64,000 nucleotides of DNA, taken from NCBI GenBank assembly GCA_035084275.1, contig CM068760.1, positions 1,240,001-1,304,000 on the forward strand, written 5' to 3'. The stretch comes from Hydrolagus colliei (lineage: Eukaryota). The position numbers and the translations under genes are program-made. Positions 51,491 to 64,000 of this stretch are shown piece by piece; the first letter of the stretch is position 1; each line of letters opens with the position of its first letter. The notes under the pieces were generated by a model, which did no database searches, was not told the origin of the DNA, and saw only the letters and a program-made list of their open reading frames with translations.

Positions 51491-52454
51491 GCGTTGGCAC
51501 TGCCTTATAAGGTATTATGTCACTCACCCCTCAATGTGTATTAACACACTACATTATAATTTCCCTTAAGGCTTTCATGCCAAATATGGTCAAATTAATC
51601 ATGTGGCCATCAATTTCTGCTAGTACCTGATATGTTTCCTCCCGCTCACTACACCACCAACACCGACCATTATCTTCTCTTCTGCAGATGCATCTTCACC
51701 ACTCTGCACCTGAGAAGGTGGGGGTGGTGGGGACCTTGATATATGCAGGAGATGAGCATTGGGCAATCAGTAGCTCATACTTCTACACCACACAGACGGG
51801 TAGACAATAAACCCGAAAAGCTTGTATTGTACTTGCATATTGGAAAGACTTCCTTATTATTAGAGTAGTCTGATTATATAATGCCACACCAGGATCTAGG
51901 TACAGATGCACAGAGCAGAATTCTGAGATTTTTGATGGATCCAAACTATGAAGTCAGTGCTATTTTTCATGATTGTTGATAGTTGTAATAGTATTTGTGG
52001 TGTAAATAATATAGAGAGAAAATGTATAGAGGGATCCAAGATTAAAAGCAATGGATGTAAGATTTGATGGGAGAAAAATAACCCTGCTTAACGTTAAATA
52101 TTATATGCTAACTATGCATTTGTAGTACTTGCCTCCTGACCAATAATGCTAACTTTCCATGTGCATGTTTCCTGAAATACTAACCATTATCTTTCTTTCT
52201 TTTGTTGTTGTTTTTTTGCTTAATTTACGCAACTAATAGTTAATAGTTTGGCCTTTTTGCTTACTCACAGAAAACATATTTTTGTTCCTTGAACATTTCT
52301 GACCTTTTGAAACCTACGTGAAGAAAAAGTATTATATTTACAAACCAATAATTGTTTTAAGCTCCATTATCGGGACTGAGAAGCAAAACGTAAACAGTTT
52401 ATTCGAAAACCTTTTTCCAACTATGTTAACCACTGTCTGGTCCCCTTTTCTAAG

Positions 52455-55400
52455 CTGGAGCCACCTTTGGCAAGTTCAAACGCCTGGCAACAGCTGCAGA
52501 AGCTGAACCAGGACCTACAAGCTGAGCTGGAAGTTCAACGGCAGAAACAGGAGGTGGCTAATACACACGCCCAGAGCCTTAAAAAGAACTACCAGGATGC
52601 CAAGGAACTCCTGAGACAGCAAGAGACAAAAATACAAACCTTACAGGCCAGACTGGACATTTCTCTGTCTGAGGTAGCAATTAATGAACAGTCGTTATCC
52701 AAAGCTCAAAATGAGCTGCGCCTGGAACGTCAGAAATACAAGGAGCAGGCTGATGAGTATGAGCGCAAGTTAAATATGTTCAGTAACCAGTTGAGAGATA
52801 GTGAAGAAAAGCTTAGGGAAGTGGAAGGATTGCTTCTTGAAAAAACACAGGCTTTTAGGGACCTGGAAAGGCAAATGGCTCTTCAGAAAGACTATCAACG
52901 AGAAGTGAAGCGGCTCCAAGAGCATCTGGAAGATGCCAGCAGCAGACTGCTGTGCAGTGAACAAGGTGTTATTCTGAGTGAAGAACGTTTTCAGAAACAG
53001 TATGAGTGTCTTAAAGAGAAATATGAGAAGGAAAAAGAGCTCTTGTCACGCAGTGTGCGAGAGGCTGAGGAGAGGGTGAGAGAGTATGAAGATCGCCTCC
53101 AGACTCTGGAGGTTCAATTGCAGAGAATTCAAAAAGAAAAGCTGGCCACCTCTTTTAAAAGCAGTGAGGTGGTCAGGCAAATGGAGGAGCATGTTGAGAT
53201 GAGCGAGGGGACAGTGAAGAAACTGACGCAGGACCTAGACATTTTGTCAACTGAGAATGGGCGATTGACTCAACGCTATCAGGAAATAGTTAACCAGCTA
53301 ACTGAAGCCGACCGAGAAGTTGAAGGGCTTAAACTGGAATTGGTGAAAGAACGAGAAGGATATCGGGATTTGAATGATGATTTTGAAAAAGCCGTTCAGG
53401 AGGTGAATGTTCTGAAAAATGAATTAGCTGAAAATCATTTTAAGATGGTGGCAGTGAAGGAACCTTATGAACGAGAGCTTGCAAAGAAAAACAAGGACTT
53501 GAACGAGGCTTTAATTAAGCTGGAAGCTTTGGGCAGCAGCTTGGAGGAAACTGAAAAGAAGCTTCATCTTAAGGAGGCTACCCTCAAAGGCCTTGGCTGG
53601 CAGGTACCAACAGAGGTAGATCTGCTCCTAGAGAAAAAGGAAGAGCTACAGATTAGATTAGAAGATGCAGAGTCCAGGTTAGCCGAACAGGACATGAAAC
53701 TCAAAGTAGCTGAGAGCAGTTACAGGGAAATCCTTTCCCAAAACAGTGAGCTCAAATCAAAGCTGGAGGTTCATGAGCAACACATAGCAGAGATAAACCT
53801 CCAAAGGCTTACAAACAAACTTGAAGCCGATGAAAACATTCCGTATTCTTCAGCTGCCATATCTGAACAGCGGGTTCAGAGCTCAGTGAAATCCAGTGCG
53901 CGGCTTTCTAGTGAGTTAGTGGCAAGGCTTCAGAGTTTGGACAGTCGCTTAACTGCACTGATCGATTCACAAGGCACACAAACTGAACCAATTTGGTTTT
54001 CAGTAATGCCATCTTCCGATATGGACACTGAACAATCTTGTCAGACAACAATGGCAGATAGTTCTATCGCAGATCTGCAAAAATATCTTACAATCACGCA
54101 CTCACTTGAAACTAAGCTGCTGATAGCCGAACAACAGATGAAAGCTGAAACTTCATATCCTCTAAGTACATCCACAAGCCCGCAGTGCAGTTCAGAAAAC
54201 TATGGAAGAATGTCTGAGCCTGGAGTGCATCCAAAAGAGCTATTAGATGGAAACCAGACTCCCATATGCTCACACTTTGTGCAGGTTGCTAGTTCCGAAG
54301 ACAAGCATAACATGCTAGTGCAGGCCACCAACTCTGAGTTCCAAGCACTAGAGGCCAAACTTCTTCAGTTGCGTAACGTTTTGGAAGGTTTACAATCCAA
54401 AGCTGACAAACTTGCTCAAGGAAAGGAAGTGGAACAGCATGGGCAACAGGTGTCTGAGTTGATACGTGTCCTGGGCAGCTCTGTACAATACCTACAACAA
54501 ATGGAGGCAGATTTAGCCAGGAAGAATAGAGCATTTAGTAGCGAAGACACTTTAGTAAGAGTTTCATTAACTGAAGAGGAAAAGCTGAAGTATTTGATAA
54601 ACAAACTGTCCCTCGAAGCAGCAGCACTTAGCAAAGTTGCCAGTATTTTAGAGAATTCAGAATCAGATCTAATAAGCACTTTGCATGAAGTTAGAAAACA
54701 TTCTGAAAGCATCAAATTGCCTTCAGTATCCAGTGAAGAAGTTGATGCCCAAATAGGATATTCTGTTCTCAAAAAAGTATTGATAGAAGGAACTTTTTGG
54801 GCAAATTTGCCCAAAATGTATGAGAGTCAGACTTCCAATGTGGAAGAACCTGTGGGTGAACCCATCAACAGTTTTTTGAGCATGATGGCAAGCAGTATGT
54901 TAATAAAGGGTGAGATGATGTTTTGGGCCCATAATATTTTGGGGATTTCAGAAGAAAAACTGCAACAGTTGAAAGTGAAATACAAAAAAATACATGACAG
55001 TAACAGCAAACATGAACGGATGCTTAGGGATGTTGTAGAGGGATTTGGGACTTGTTGCTTTGAAGCACTAATAGGGGAAATTGGTCGTGAATTATGTAAA
55101 ACCGAAGAGAATGAATCACTTTTATCCCCTTGTACCGAATCCCCAAAACTATCATCCTTGGCTATTTCGTCAGGTCAGGAAATTGAACTGGAGCATTCTG
55201 TTAGGACCGAATTGGCACAGCGCATTCGGGGAAATGCTTGTTTACTGAAACACGTTTCCCATTCTATTCAGTCCGGGGTAGATGATGATCTTGTCCTCTT
55301 GGCGAGGCAACTAGCTAATAGCATGGACTCTATACCTGCATTAAACAGGCATAGTGATGCAAAAGACATCTGGCCTCTCCTCCTTCAAGATGCAGTAATG

Positions 55401-56234
55401 CAAGCTGAATTATCGTATGTAATCTCAAGGATTCAGTTGCAAAAAGACCTTGCACAGGGTAATGAGATTCAGCTACGGCTGGAAGCTCAAGAGAAGGAAA
55501 ATGCAGGCTCGATTGCTTTATTACAGAACAAATGTGCAGCAGATCTACAGAAGCAAAAGCAAGAGCATGAGGTTGAGGTAATAAAACTAAGAGGAAATAT
55601 TGCAGAGCTTCAAAAATTAACTATTTCAGGTGCATTAATTGCCAGCACCACTCATATCCAAATTGAGGGTGAGCCAATTGACTCACTAGACAAAGCAATT
55701 GAATTGCAGGACATGGCAGCAAGGCATAAGAAGGAGCTGAGGGAAGTTCGAGAAGCATATGAAGCAGAGGTTGAGAAATTGAAAAGGGAGATAGCAAGGG
55801 CAGGAGAGACATTAAGACTAAAAACCGAGGAGAATGTGAAGGAAATTGATTCTTTAACGGTCTGCATGGAAAACCTGAAGAAAAAGCACGTTGGGGAGCT
55901 GAAGAGCCGGCAAGAAGAATTTAAGATTGAGAAGAAGGAATTGGAGCTCAGGCACTCTAGGGAAAAAGAGGAGTTTGTAAGAGAAATAGAAACTTTAAAG
56001 GAAAGCAGAGATCCGAAAGAGCTGGACCTTGTAAGTAATCTGAAGAGATCTGAAGAGCCGTCTACAAGACAGGGAGGTGAGCCATGTTCCATGACTCTGC
56101 TCCGAGCACGCATCGAAGAACTTGAGTCCCAGATGGATGTTATGAGAAGTGAGATAGAACAGCATGAACTGAAAGATGATGCAACATCAACATCTCTGCG
56201 ACAGAAATATGATAAAGACCTGGAGAATCTCAAG
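52455..56234 (+). CDS. MPRIP: MPRIP-like giant coiled-coil exon (3780 nt, 1260 codons), probably alternatively spliced
   Basis: ttttctaag| acceptor, AAG|gtgtca donor, phase 0/0 and therefore skippable in frame. AWQQLQKLNQDLQAELE, LLLEKTQ, DLNEALIKLEALGSSLEETE and LRQKYDKDLENLK resemble the large exon of long MPRIP isoforms. Confidence 0.9.
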
Positions 56235-58279
56235 GTGTCAAACGTGTTTCATAGTACTGGCTAGTAACTGCATGTTGGCTTGTAGCTCTAGACCTCGCTG
56301 CCAGCAATGAGCTGTGTTTGTGTCCTGTACTGTCCTCCAAACTGTATAGAAGGTAGACCTGCATGATGTACTGTTGAACTGGGCAAAGTCGGGGAAAGAA
56401 ACATTTTCAAATTCTGGGAAAAGCTGAATTCTAAAAACGTGGCTCGTATCTAATACTTAGTGAAATGTAAGGAACAATTTACATTTTTCTCAATGTACAA
56501 ATATCTTGCACAAGACCATCTAAATTCCGCATCGAAATTATTCCATTCCAGCCATCTTACAATCAGAGTTGAAGTTGTTCATACCAGTAATTGCCCAGTT
56601 CTTCTCTCTTCTGTTGTGTTTTGTGTGTGTGTTTTATGTGCCTACCTGTAGTCTTCAACAATCTTTTCAAATGCAATGCAACCCATTTACCTAATACATC
56701 TGGCTAATGATTTTTTAACAATTTCTGTATAATTGGCAGGCAACTTAATATGCAACACATCAGTTGGAAGGAAATCTTAAATGCTGTAAAGTCCAAACAT
56801 GAACTTTTTAACTTTTAAAAACTAATTTAGCTCCACATGTGCGACTCTGGAAGCCAAGATCGCTTTAAACATCTGTATTCAATATGAAATTATTATGCTA
56901 GCTATATTCTGTTGCTATGGCCTCCATTTGGCATTATTATTATTATTAGATATATTGAGCTCCTATGATCAGGCCCAACTCATTTCTGAATTAATAGTGT
57001 AATAATCCTAGTATTTGATATAGCACCTTTATCATTTGGAAATATCCCAACGTCATTCACAGTAATTACTAAAGTGAGTGACTGTGTTTGCAGGTGAATG
57101 AGATTCTCCTTAAGGTGTCAAAAGTTTTGACAAAATGTAACTTTCTGAACTCTTTTTGAAAGGAAAGTTTAATATAAATTTTGAGAAATCAAAAATGAGC
57201 AGAAAGTGTACTTGTGACACAGTCCTGAGTTGCGGGTAGCATTCGAGTGGCCTCACCCTTTATAATACTTTATAAATTACTCTTACCGTATATTTAGTGG
57301 GTTTGAATGCCTTTGAGAAGCATGTGCACTTCTAGCCTGATAGCAGCGTTGTAATAAGGTGGGCTGCCTTGCCTTTTGCAGTTTGTCTTGATGTTATGCT
57401 ACTAATGTACCTCTTCCCTTTTTTTTCTTTTTCAGTTGGCTACATGCATATCTGTCACACTTTTAGAGGCACTAATAATTTACTTTGCTTATCAGATATC
57501 AATATTAATCAATATCAATATAACGCAGTAAATACACTTAATGCAATTAACCTATTCAAAGGGGCCAAACGCATTTTGGGGCTCAGAGTAGTTAATAAAC
57601 TCTCTAAATAAAGCCTGAGTACTGTAATATGTTTTGAGGTGCTACCTGCCACTGCCCCTTTTTCTGGTGACTTGGGTTCAAATCTAACCAGGGATAGCAG
57701 ATCACCATTTCCTCTCACAAATGGTTGATAAAGTTCACGAGTGAACACATTTTGAGAAAATCTGTAGGTTTGCCTTTTGTTACGAGATTGTAAAAATTTA
57801 TGGCTGGGGAAGAAGCTGTTTTGAGATGTATTTAGTAGCCAGTAAATATTCAAACCAAAGTTGAGTTGTTGTAAAAGATGTGTATTCTCTAGTTTACATA
57901 GTGCAGGATGCTTTGACACCTGAATGCATCGTTTCAGTTTTGGGGTTGTCAATTGAGTTTGATGCTATATTAAAGTGTTGTTTTTGCCTTTGAGTTGATA
58001 GCACATATGAGGAACTTGGTATGAAACCCAAGATCACGCAGTATGTTCCACTGTTTTAATTTGTGAATGTGGACTTGAATTGAGACTGTGACTTCTAGTT
58101 AACTTTTGTACCCCTCAGTTATTGTAGTGGTATATCTCTCAGGACGACTCATTTGCTTGACCTTGTATGGCCCCAACAATTACACAGTGCCTTGTGGATG
58201 AAAATGCTGTGATATTCCAACATGTGGAGAATTTTCCACTCATCCTCATAACCAAAGATGTGTGGAGGTAGCCATTCAA

Positions 58280-58500
58280 CAACAAAACAAAATTACATTT
58301 GTATAGCATGTTGGGAGGACGTCCCACAGCAAGGCTTTGGCATAGTCGAACTTGGACCTATTGAAGGCATTAATGAGATTCAGCGGCCTGAGGGGTGAAG
58401 TAGTGGAGGAGTCGGGCAATGTTGTGGAGGTGAGGGAAGGCAGAGCGGGTCATGGCATGGATATGGGGGAGACACCTAGGTTCCTCACTGCCTTGGTGAG
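58280..58500 (-). mobile_element. Degenerate L2 fragment with 3' tail
   Basis: TRSAFPHLHNIARL...PQAAES; aacaacaaaacaaaattacatttgtatagc tail. Confidence 0.65.
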
Positions 58501-61202
58501 GTGGTGTGTATCCATCGAGGATGATGCTGCCAATGCCTGCGGTGCAGAGATATGAGATGTTCAAGCAGATTCAAAATGAGATGTTCAGCAGATGTCCCTT
58601 TGGCCCATTCAAACTCATTCTTTCAGAATATCCACCCTTCTGCCCTATATCAGCATTGAGCTGTATGAAGAAGGGGAGTAAACCCAGAATACAACAAAAC
58701 TCTAGAGGGAGAAAGGAGTGACGCAGTAATGAAATATACTTCGGAGATACAAGTTTAATTTTGGCTGTTTTCTGTATCTTCAAACTGGTTTAGTAGAGGG
58801 TACAAATCAAAGGTGCAATGAATCTAAAATCCTCTTGTAAAACTTCCAATGACTGAGTGGCTGTAGGGGGAGAGCATGATTTTTTTAAAAAGTGGTTGAA
58901 ATTGGCCCATGCATTACCTGGGTAATGAGTGGAAAAATATGTTCATGAAAGAAAAATGTTGAGCAATATGACAAAAGGGAGGGGGTGGAGTGAATTGATG
59001 GTAAGTCAGTATGTACTGAACAGACATCTTAATGCCCATTTAAGAACAGTCAATAGTTACTCTTATCAGTTTTCAATTGAACTTTTTAAAACTAATTTGC
59101 CTCCAAGTGGGTTTATTTAATTTACCAATACAATTCTCATGGGCTATTTATGCTTTTTAATACACATAAGGTATTTTCTAAACTGGTCCAATGTTTTGAC
59201 ATCTTTCACTCCAGCTGTAGATTGGTCATTTAAGTAAAGTAATATTTCCTGATATTTACCCTGAAATTGCTCTTCACACCCTCTGAAATGCTGCCCTCCT
59301 GCTGTGATTTTATTAAGCATAGATAGACAACACTTTCCATTACTTCACTCACGTGTCCAATGTTCGTGTAAGTATAAATAATGAGTGTTGCCAGGCTATT
59401 TGTGCTTGATCCGCAAAAGTTTCTACAGGGGGTGGGGTGGGAGGAATTAGTTAAAATGTTGTGTATTTGGTGCAGTCACCTTTTGTTGCTTTAGAGTACA
59501 ATATTCTAAAATGATCACAATTGCATTGAAATGCCAAACACAGGATCCAGCATCAATCTTTTCAAAATGATTCTTTACTTTGTAACTCATGTTTTTAGTT
59601 GGTTTTTAGGCTGGTTTGAAATGACAGATTTTGGTAGATGGAAGTCTATATTGCTCTGCTGTAGATAGCCACGACATATGGCTGTGCAATTTGCAGTGCT
59701 TGAAGTAAATCTGCACAATTGTAAACTTCAGTGATTCTGCCCGTCGCCCATTTCTGATGGTTTTCCACACCAGTCAACCATTTCTCTTCTTTTTCTCTAC
59801 CTCTCCGTGGCCTCCACACCCCATTCATACGTACTTTCACTCATCTTTAAATTGGATAGTCCCTGAGATTAAGTTATGACATGAAGAGCCTAAATTTGAT
59901 GGATGTCAATTTGCTAGACATTGCTTTAAAAAAACACTATTTACACAATTTCAGGATTCAAAAAGGTTCATTAATTCCGAAGTGACACTTGCGCCAAGAA
60001 TAACGATGCCTTCTAATTTAGGAGTTATTTTATACAGGGTCCAAGTATCTTATGGTAAAACTTTTTTTTGCCTGATCTTATTACTATATTAAAATGGTTG
60101 CATTGTCATATCACTGTGACACTCACCTCACTGGGGAGGTCAATGAACCTCGAGTGTGTTATGACAGTATAATGGGATTTATTCCCAATCCCAGCTGCGT
60201 AGATGGAGAGATGCTGATCTCTCTCGGGTGCATTAAGTGGGGAGGTGCAAAGCAACAGTGTCTGATGTCTTCCCTTGAGAGGAGAAGGGAAAATATTAGG
60301 TTGGTGAGGCTGGGGGTGCGGGGGAGAGAGGGAGATGTAACATATGGATGTCTCTGCTCACAGTTAGACACAGGGAGACACATTAGCATTGGCTAGGAAA
60401 GGCTATCAGACTGAACAGATGAAAAATCAAGGATAAAATTAGAAAAATAATTTTTCCTCAAGAATGCAGCTTTGCTGAAAAAATGATGGATGAGGAAATA
60501 ATTTTCAAAAATATGTTATGACATAACAGCATTGTAACACACTATACATTAGCAGCATGTTATTCAGGCATGGAAGTCTAATTATTTGGGTGATCCCTGA
60601 GCGCAGTGTGCCTTTACCAGTGGCTACTCAAATTGATGCTGTTACAAAAATGTTTTAATAGGCCCAAAGATGATTTTTTTAATTTTGTGTGCAGTTGACA
60701 TTTATTGAAGTTGAACTGTGGCGTGCTATCTTAGTAAGGTGTCATGTACATAGCCTTTTCTCCCCCTAGAATAAGTCAGTGACCGCTTTGTGCTCTGACC
60801 CTTTTATGTAGTGAGCTCATCTCCATTGGGACCAGATTAAAATGTAGTCATCAGTATCTGTCAAACAAAACAGATGTTTGGCCCATCTGCTTGGATTTGA
60901 ACCCAGATCCTCATATTAAAAGGAATAAAAGAGCTTGTCTTTTAAAGTGTGACATTAATGTTTCTCCTCGATTGATTATAGTTTATTAAAATATACTAAA
61001 TATTTTTTGAATTAGGTAGTAATAAATGGGTAGATATTAACGGTTCTTATTTAGAGCTACAGCAAAACACTTGAATGTAACTTTTATGAATTGATTTGAT
61101 TTAGGAACGTTTGTCAAAAGCCTCCAGGACGTTATGAATGTTAAATTATTTGAGTATTATTAATAGGACAATTATTATTTTCTTCCCTTTGCAATGTTTT
61201 AG

Positions 61203-61350
61203 GCTACATGTGAGCGTGGCTTTGCTGCTATGGAAGACTCTCATCAGAAAGTAATAGAAGAACTACATCGCCAGCATCAGCGAGAGCTGGTGAAACTGCA
61301 GGAAGATAAAGAACGTCTACTGGCTGAAGAAACTGCTGCCACCATCTCTG
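61203..61350 (+). CDS. MPRIP: MPRIP-like exon ([29 protein letters not shown]...[11 protein letters not shown])
   Basis: ttttag| acceptor, G|gtacgt donor, 148 nt. Confidence 0.95.
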
Positions 61351-61739
61351 GTACGTACACAGTCACCCTCTCTGGATGGACATGTCTAATCAATGGACTT
61401 ATTGTCTCACCCATAAAATAGTTTTGCCCATAAAACATACAGTCAATTTGCTTTACAGTATATTCAGTGAAGTGCTTTGAGATGTTTAGCAGACATGATA
61501 AGGTGCTATATCAAATGCAAGGATTAGTATAAATGATCTGTTTCAAGGACAGATTTTCTCCCATCACTGCTCTATTCAGCATTGTATCCAAGTCTCTGTT
61601 CAAGATATATTCGCCGATGAACCATTTCCTTAGTTTGAATGGAAAACCAAACTACCTTTGGACATGATTAAAACTGCCGTATGATCTAAAACTTACAATA
61701 CATGTCAGTATTAATATTCAAGCAGTGTTGCGATCACTA

Positions 61740-61771
61740 TGTGTGTGTGTGTGGGGGGGGGGGGGGGGGGC
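61740..61771. repeat. (TG)n microsatellite followed by poly-G run
   Basis: tgtgtgtgtgtgt then about 19 G. Confidence 0.85.
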
Positions 61772-63858
61772 ACGGGGATGGTGGGAGGTGGCAGAGGGTT
61801 GGTGGGCTTTGTGCAACCCCTATGGTGGATTGTGAGTAGTTGTGCCAACAGTTTTCTCAGAGCTGTGCTGACTATTCTTCGGGTGTTTAGTACTTATTTG
61901 ATAAAGTTTGTACTTAGCACAATAGAAATTTACTGCACAGAAAAAAGACCATTCAATTCAAAGAATCATGTCGGACATCTCCCTAAAGCAATCCTTTTAG
62001 TCCCACTTATTAAACATTAGACCGATGTTCAACACAGTTGATTGTGATTTTTCAGCCTAGTCGGTTTCCTGTGTCCATTTTATTTAATCCTTTCTTTGTA
62101 ATCTGGATCAAACCATTACAAGTTTCCATGACAAAAATAGAAATTCTGTAAGTAGATCTTGATTTGAAATGGGCTTGGCTCTCTATTCTTTCCATATGTA
62201 GTAATTGCCCTCTTGAGAGGCTACAGAGATGAAACTGCTCATGTTCGCCCACAACACGTGGTCATTCCACTTTACAGTATATTATCCTGTGAAGCTGTTT
62301 AAGACGCCCTCCTGATGCGAAAAGCACTATAGCAAATGTATGTACTATGCTTGTAATGTGGGCAAAACGCTGTGGTTGAATTTCAAGCCACGTTTTTTTA
62401 ACACAAGCTATGAAACTGATGACGGATACTCATATCAGCAGGGAAGGTTAGTCTGTGTGAATTGTGTTGTGGACAGGCCTGAAAGGTGTGGCACCCACTG
62501 AGGTCAAAGAAACAGCGTTGAAAGGGACAGATATATTACAGGACTACATGAAGGCAAATTAACAAATATTCATATGCATAGCTGCTGATAATCTGTTCAC
62601 ATATATGTGATCTATGGGGCTCTTTGTTTATGTGGAGCAGAGTTAGTTGAATAGCACCACTTATAAATTCTGTTTGTGAATAACATCACTTTGGGTGTGG
62701 TTAATAAAGTTATTCAGCAAATAATGGTGTGGAGTTAGTCTGTACAAGCTTCTGATTATTTGCTAGTCCCAATGGAAGTGTGATTGTGGTTAGTACAGGA
62801 ATGTAGTTCTCGATAAGGTGACAAACTAGTTTGCAAGTCCCCCACGCCATCATAATTAGGTTTGTCTGCAGCTGCAGAACACTCCCGGGTGCTGTGGGGG
62901 AAGCAGTGCTCACTGATGTTCCACTAAAGTTTAACCAGCTTTATCTGCAGCCCAATTTTCCCAGTGATCTTTCTGCATAGCAAAGGCTTATCTGTCTGTT
63001 TGAAATGGAAATGTATAACCGTGCAGACACATATCAGCGCTGCTTGTGCTATCTGAAAATAAGTATTTGTTTTAATGCTCTTTAATTGGTTTTATTGAGT
63101 AGTTAGATATTTGGGGGGGTGGTAAGACTTTCAACAAATTGTTCCACGGTAGTTAACTTCTCAGTTAAATGCAAATGAATCCTACATTTGTATTGATATT
63201 AAGACCAAAGAAGTTTTAAATGGGGCAGTTAAATCTGATTGAATCTAGCCCTGCCAAACCAAATGTTTTCTTTGACAATCTTTGGATTTGTGATATTGTA
63301 GATGATGTATAGTTTTGACTTGGCTAGGCTCCTTCCTGAGGTGAATGGCGCTATACAAATGTAAATTATTGTTAAATCAAAGCAACAGAGCCTTTGGCTT
63401 GTTAATCAGCTGGGAACTTTGTTTTCTCTTGTCACACAGAACTGTTTTTTAAACGTTGGATGCAAAGTAGCAAGAAGTATAAATTGCTCCACATCACTGT
63501 GTGCTGGTAGTAGCAGTCACATAGATTTCAGTCGTATAAAGATAGCCTAACACTGATTGGAAACGTTTGTTTGAAGTGCCAAATGTATTCTTCTGCAGCA
63601 AAGCTAGCCTTCAATGGTTAAGTACTCATTTGAATATAGGCCAGGGGGGGGGGGTCATTGTGACATTACACCAGAGCTGTGAGAATTCTGTGAATTTGTT
63701 TCTCAAATTTCCTTGCACTAAACTAGGGATTCCATCATTACAAGCACTTCTGCCATCTAGAGGGGAAATCAGAGCAAAAACAGTTGAATTAATTTATCTA
63801 ATCGATTTGCTGCTGCTGTGAAATCCAGTGTTTTTGATGCAATTCCTTTGTTTTTAAG

Positions 63859-63976
63859 CTATTGAAGCAATGAAAAATGCACATCGCGGGGAACTGGAGC
63901 GTGAACTGGAGAAGGTGCGGAAATCACAAAACAGCAACTTAAATGCTGATCTGGATGAAATCTGCAAACAGCACGA
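63859..63976 (+). CDS. MPRIP: MPRIP-like exon (AIEAMKNAHRGELERELEK...CKQH)
   Basis: ttttaag| acceptor, GA|gtacgt donor, 118 nt. Confidence 0.92.
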
Positions 63977-64000
63977 GTACGTGAGGGTCAAGGGTGTGGG

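Larger units (their letters stand above)
11356..63976 (+). other. MPRIP: MPRIP-family gene (myosin phosphatase Rho-interacting protein-like), partial; 15 coding exons in window, 5' and 3' exons outside
   Basis: Exons join with consistent phases (6221 nt, no stops). Peptides [72 protein letters not shown] and AIEAMKNAHR match MPRIP as I recall it. It may be a paralog rather than the strict ortholog. Confidence 0.9.

Noticed and set aside
52467-56264. 1265-aa ORF as a stand-alone gene
   Set aside because: It starts at TTG, is bounded by splice sites and is in frame with the flanking MPRIP-like exons, so it is an internal exon
298-63370. Recurring ~60-bp motifs as a CRISPR-like array
   Set aside because: Dispersed, divergent and on both strands in eukaryotic DNA; these are retroposon tails

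Overview
Vertebrate genomic DNA, AT-rich. The repeat families and a nested spermatid-protein gene point to a cartilaginous fish, probably a holocephalan (inference). The whole window lies inside one + strand gene of the MPRIP/TRIOBP family (myosin phosphatase Rho-interacting protein-like). Fifteen coding exons from 11356 to 63976 join in one open frame of 6221 nt. They encode the end of PH domain 1, a linker, all of PH domain 2 and coiled coils, including a 3780-nt giant exon; the 5' and 3' exons lie outside the window. The main surprise is an intronless Arg/Lys-rich gene on the opposite strand inside the intron before the giant exon (51278-50988). It has a Kozak ATG, TATA-like and CCAAT boxes and a poly(A) signal, and closely resembles dogfish spermatid-specific basic nuclear protein S1. 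Other points: a GC-AG intron, an acceptor built on a SINE/L2 tail, a NAGNAG acceptor, RBFOX/QKI motif clusters, candidate micro-exons, and many L2/CR1 LINE fragments, SINEs and MITEs. Family assignments come from remembered sequences; no search was run.
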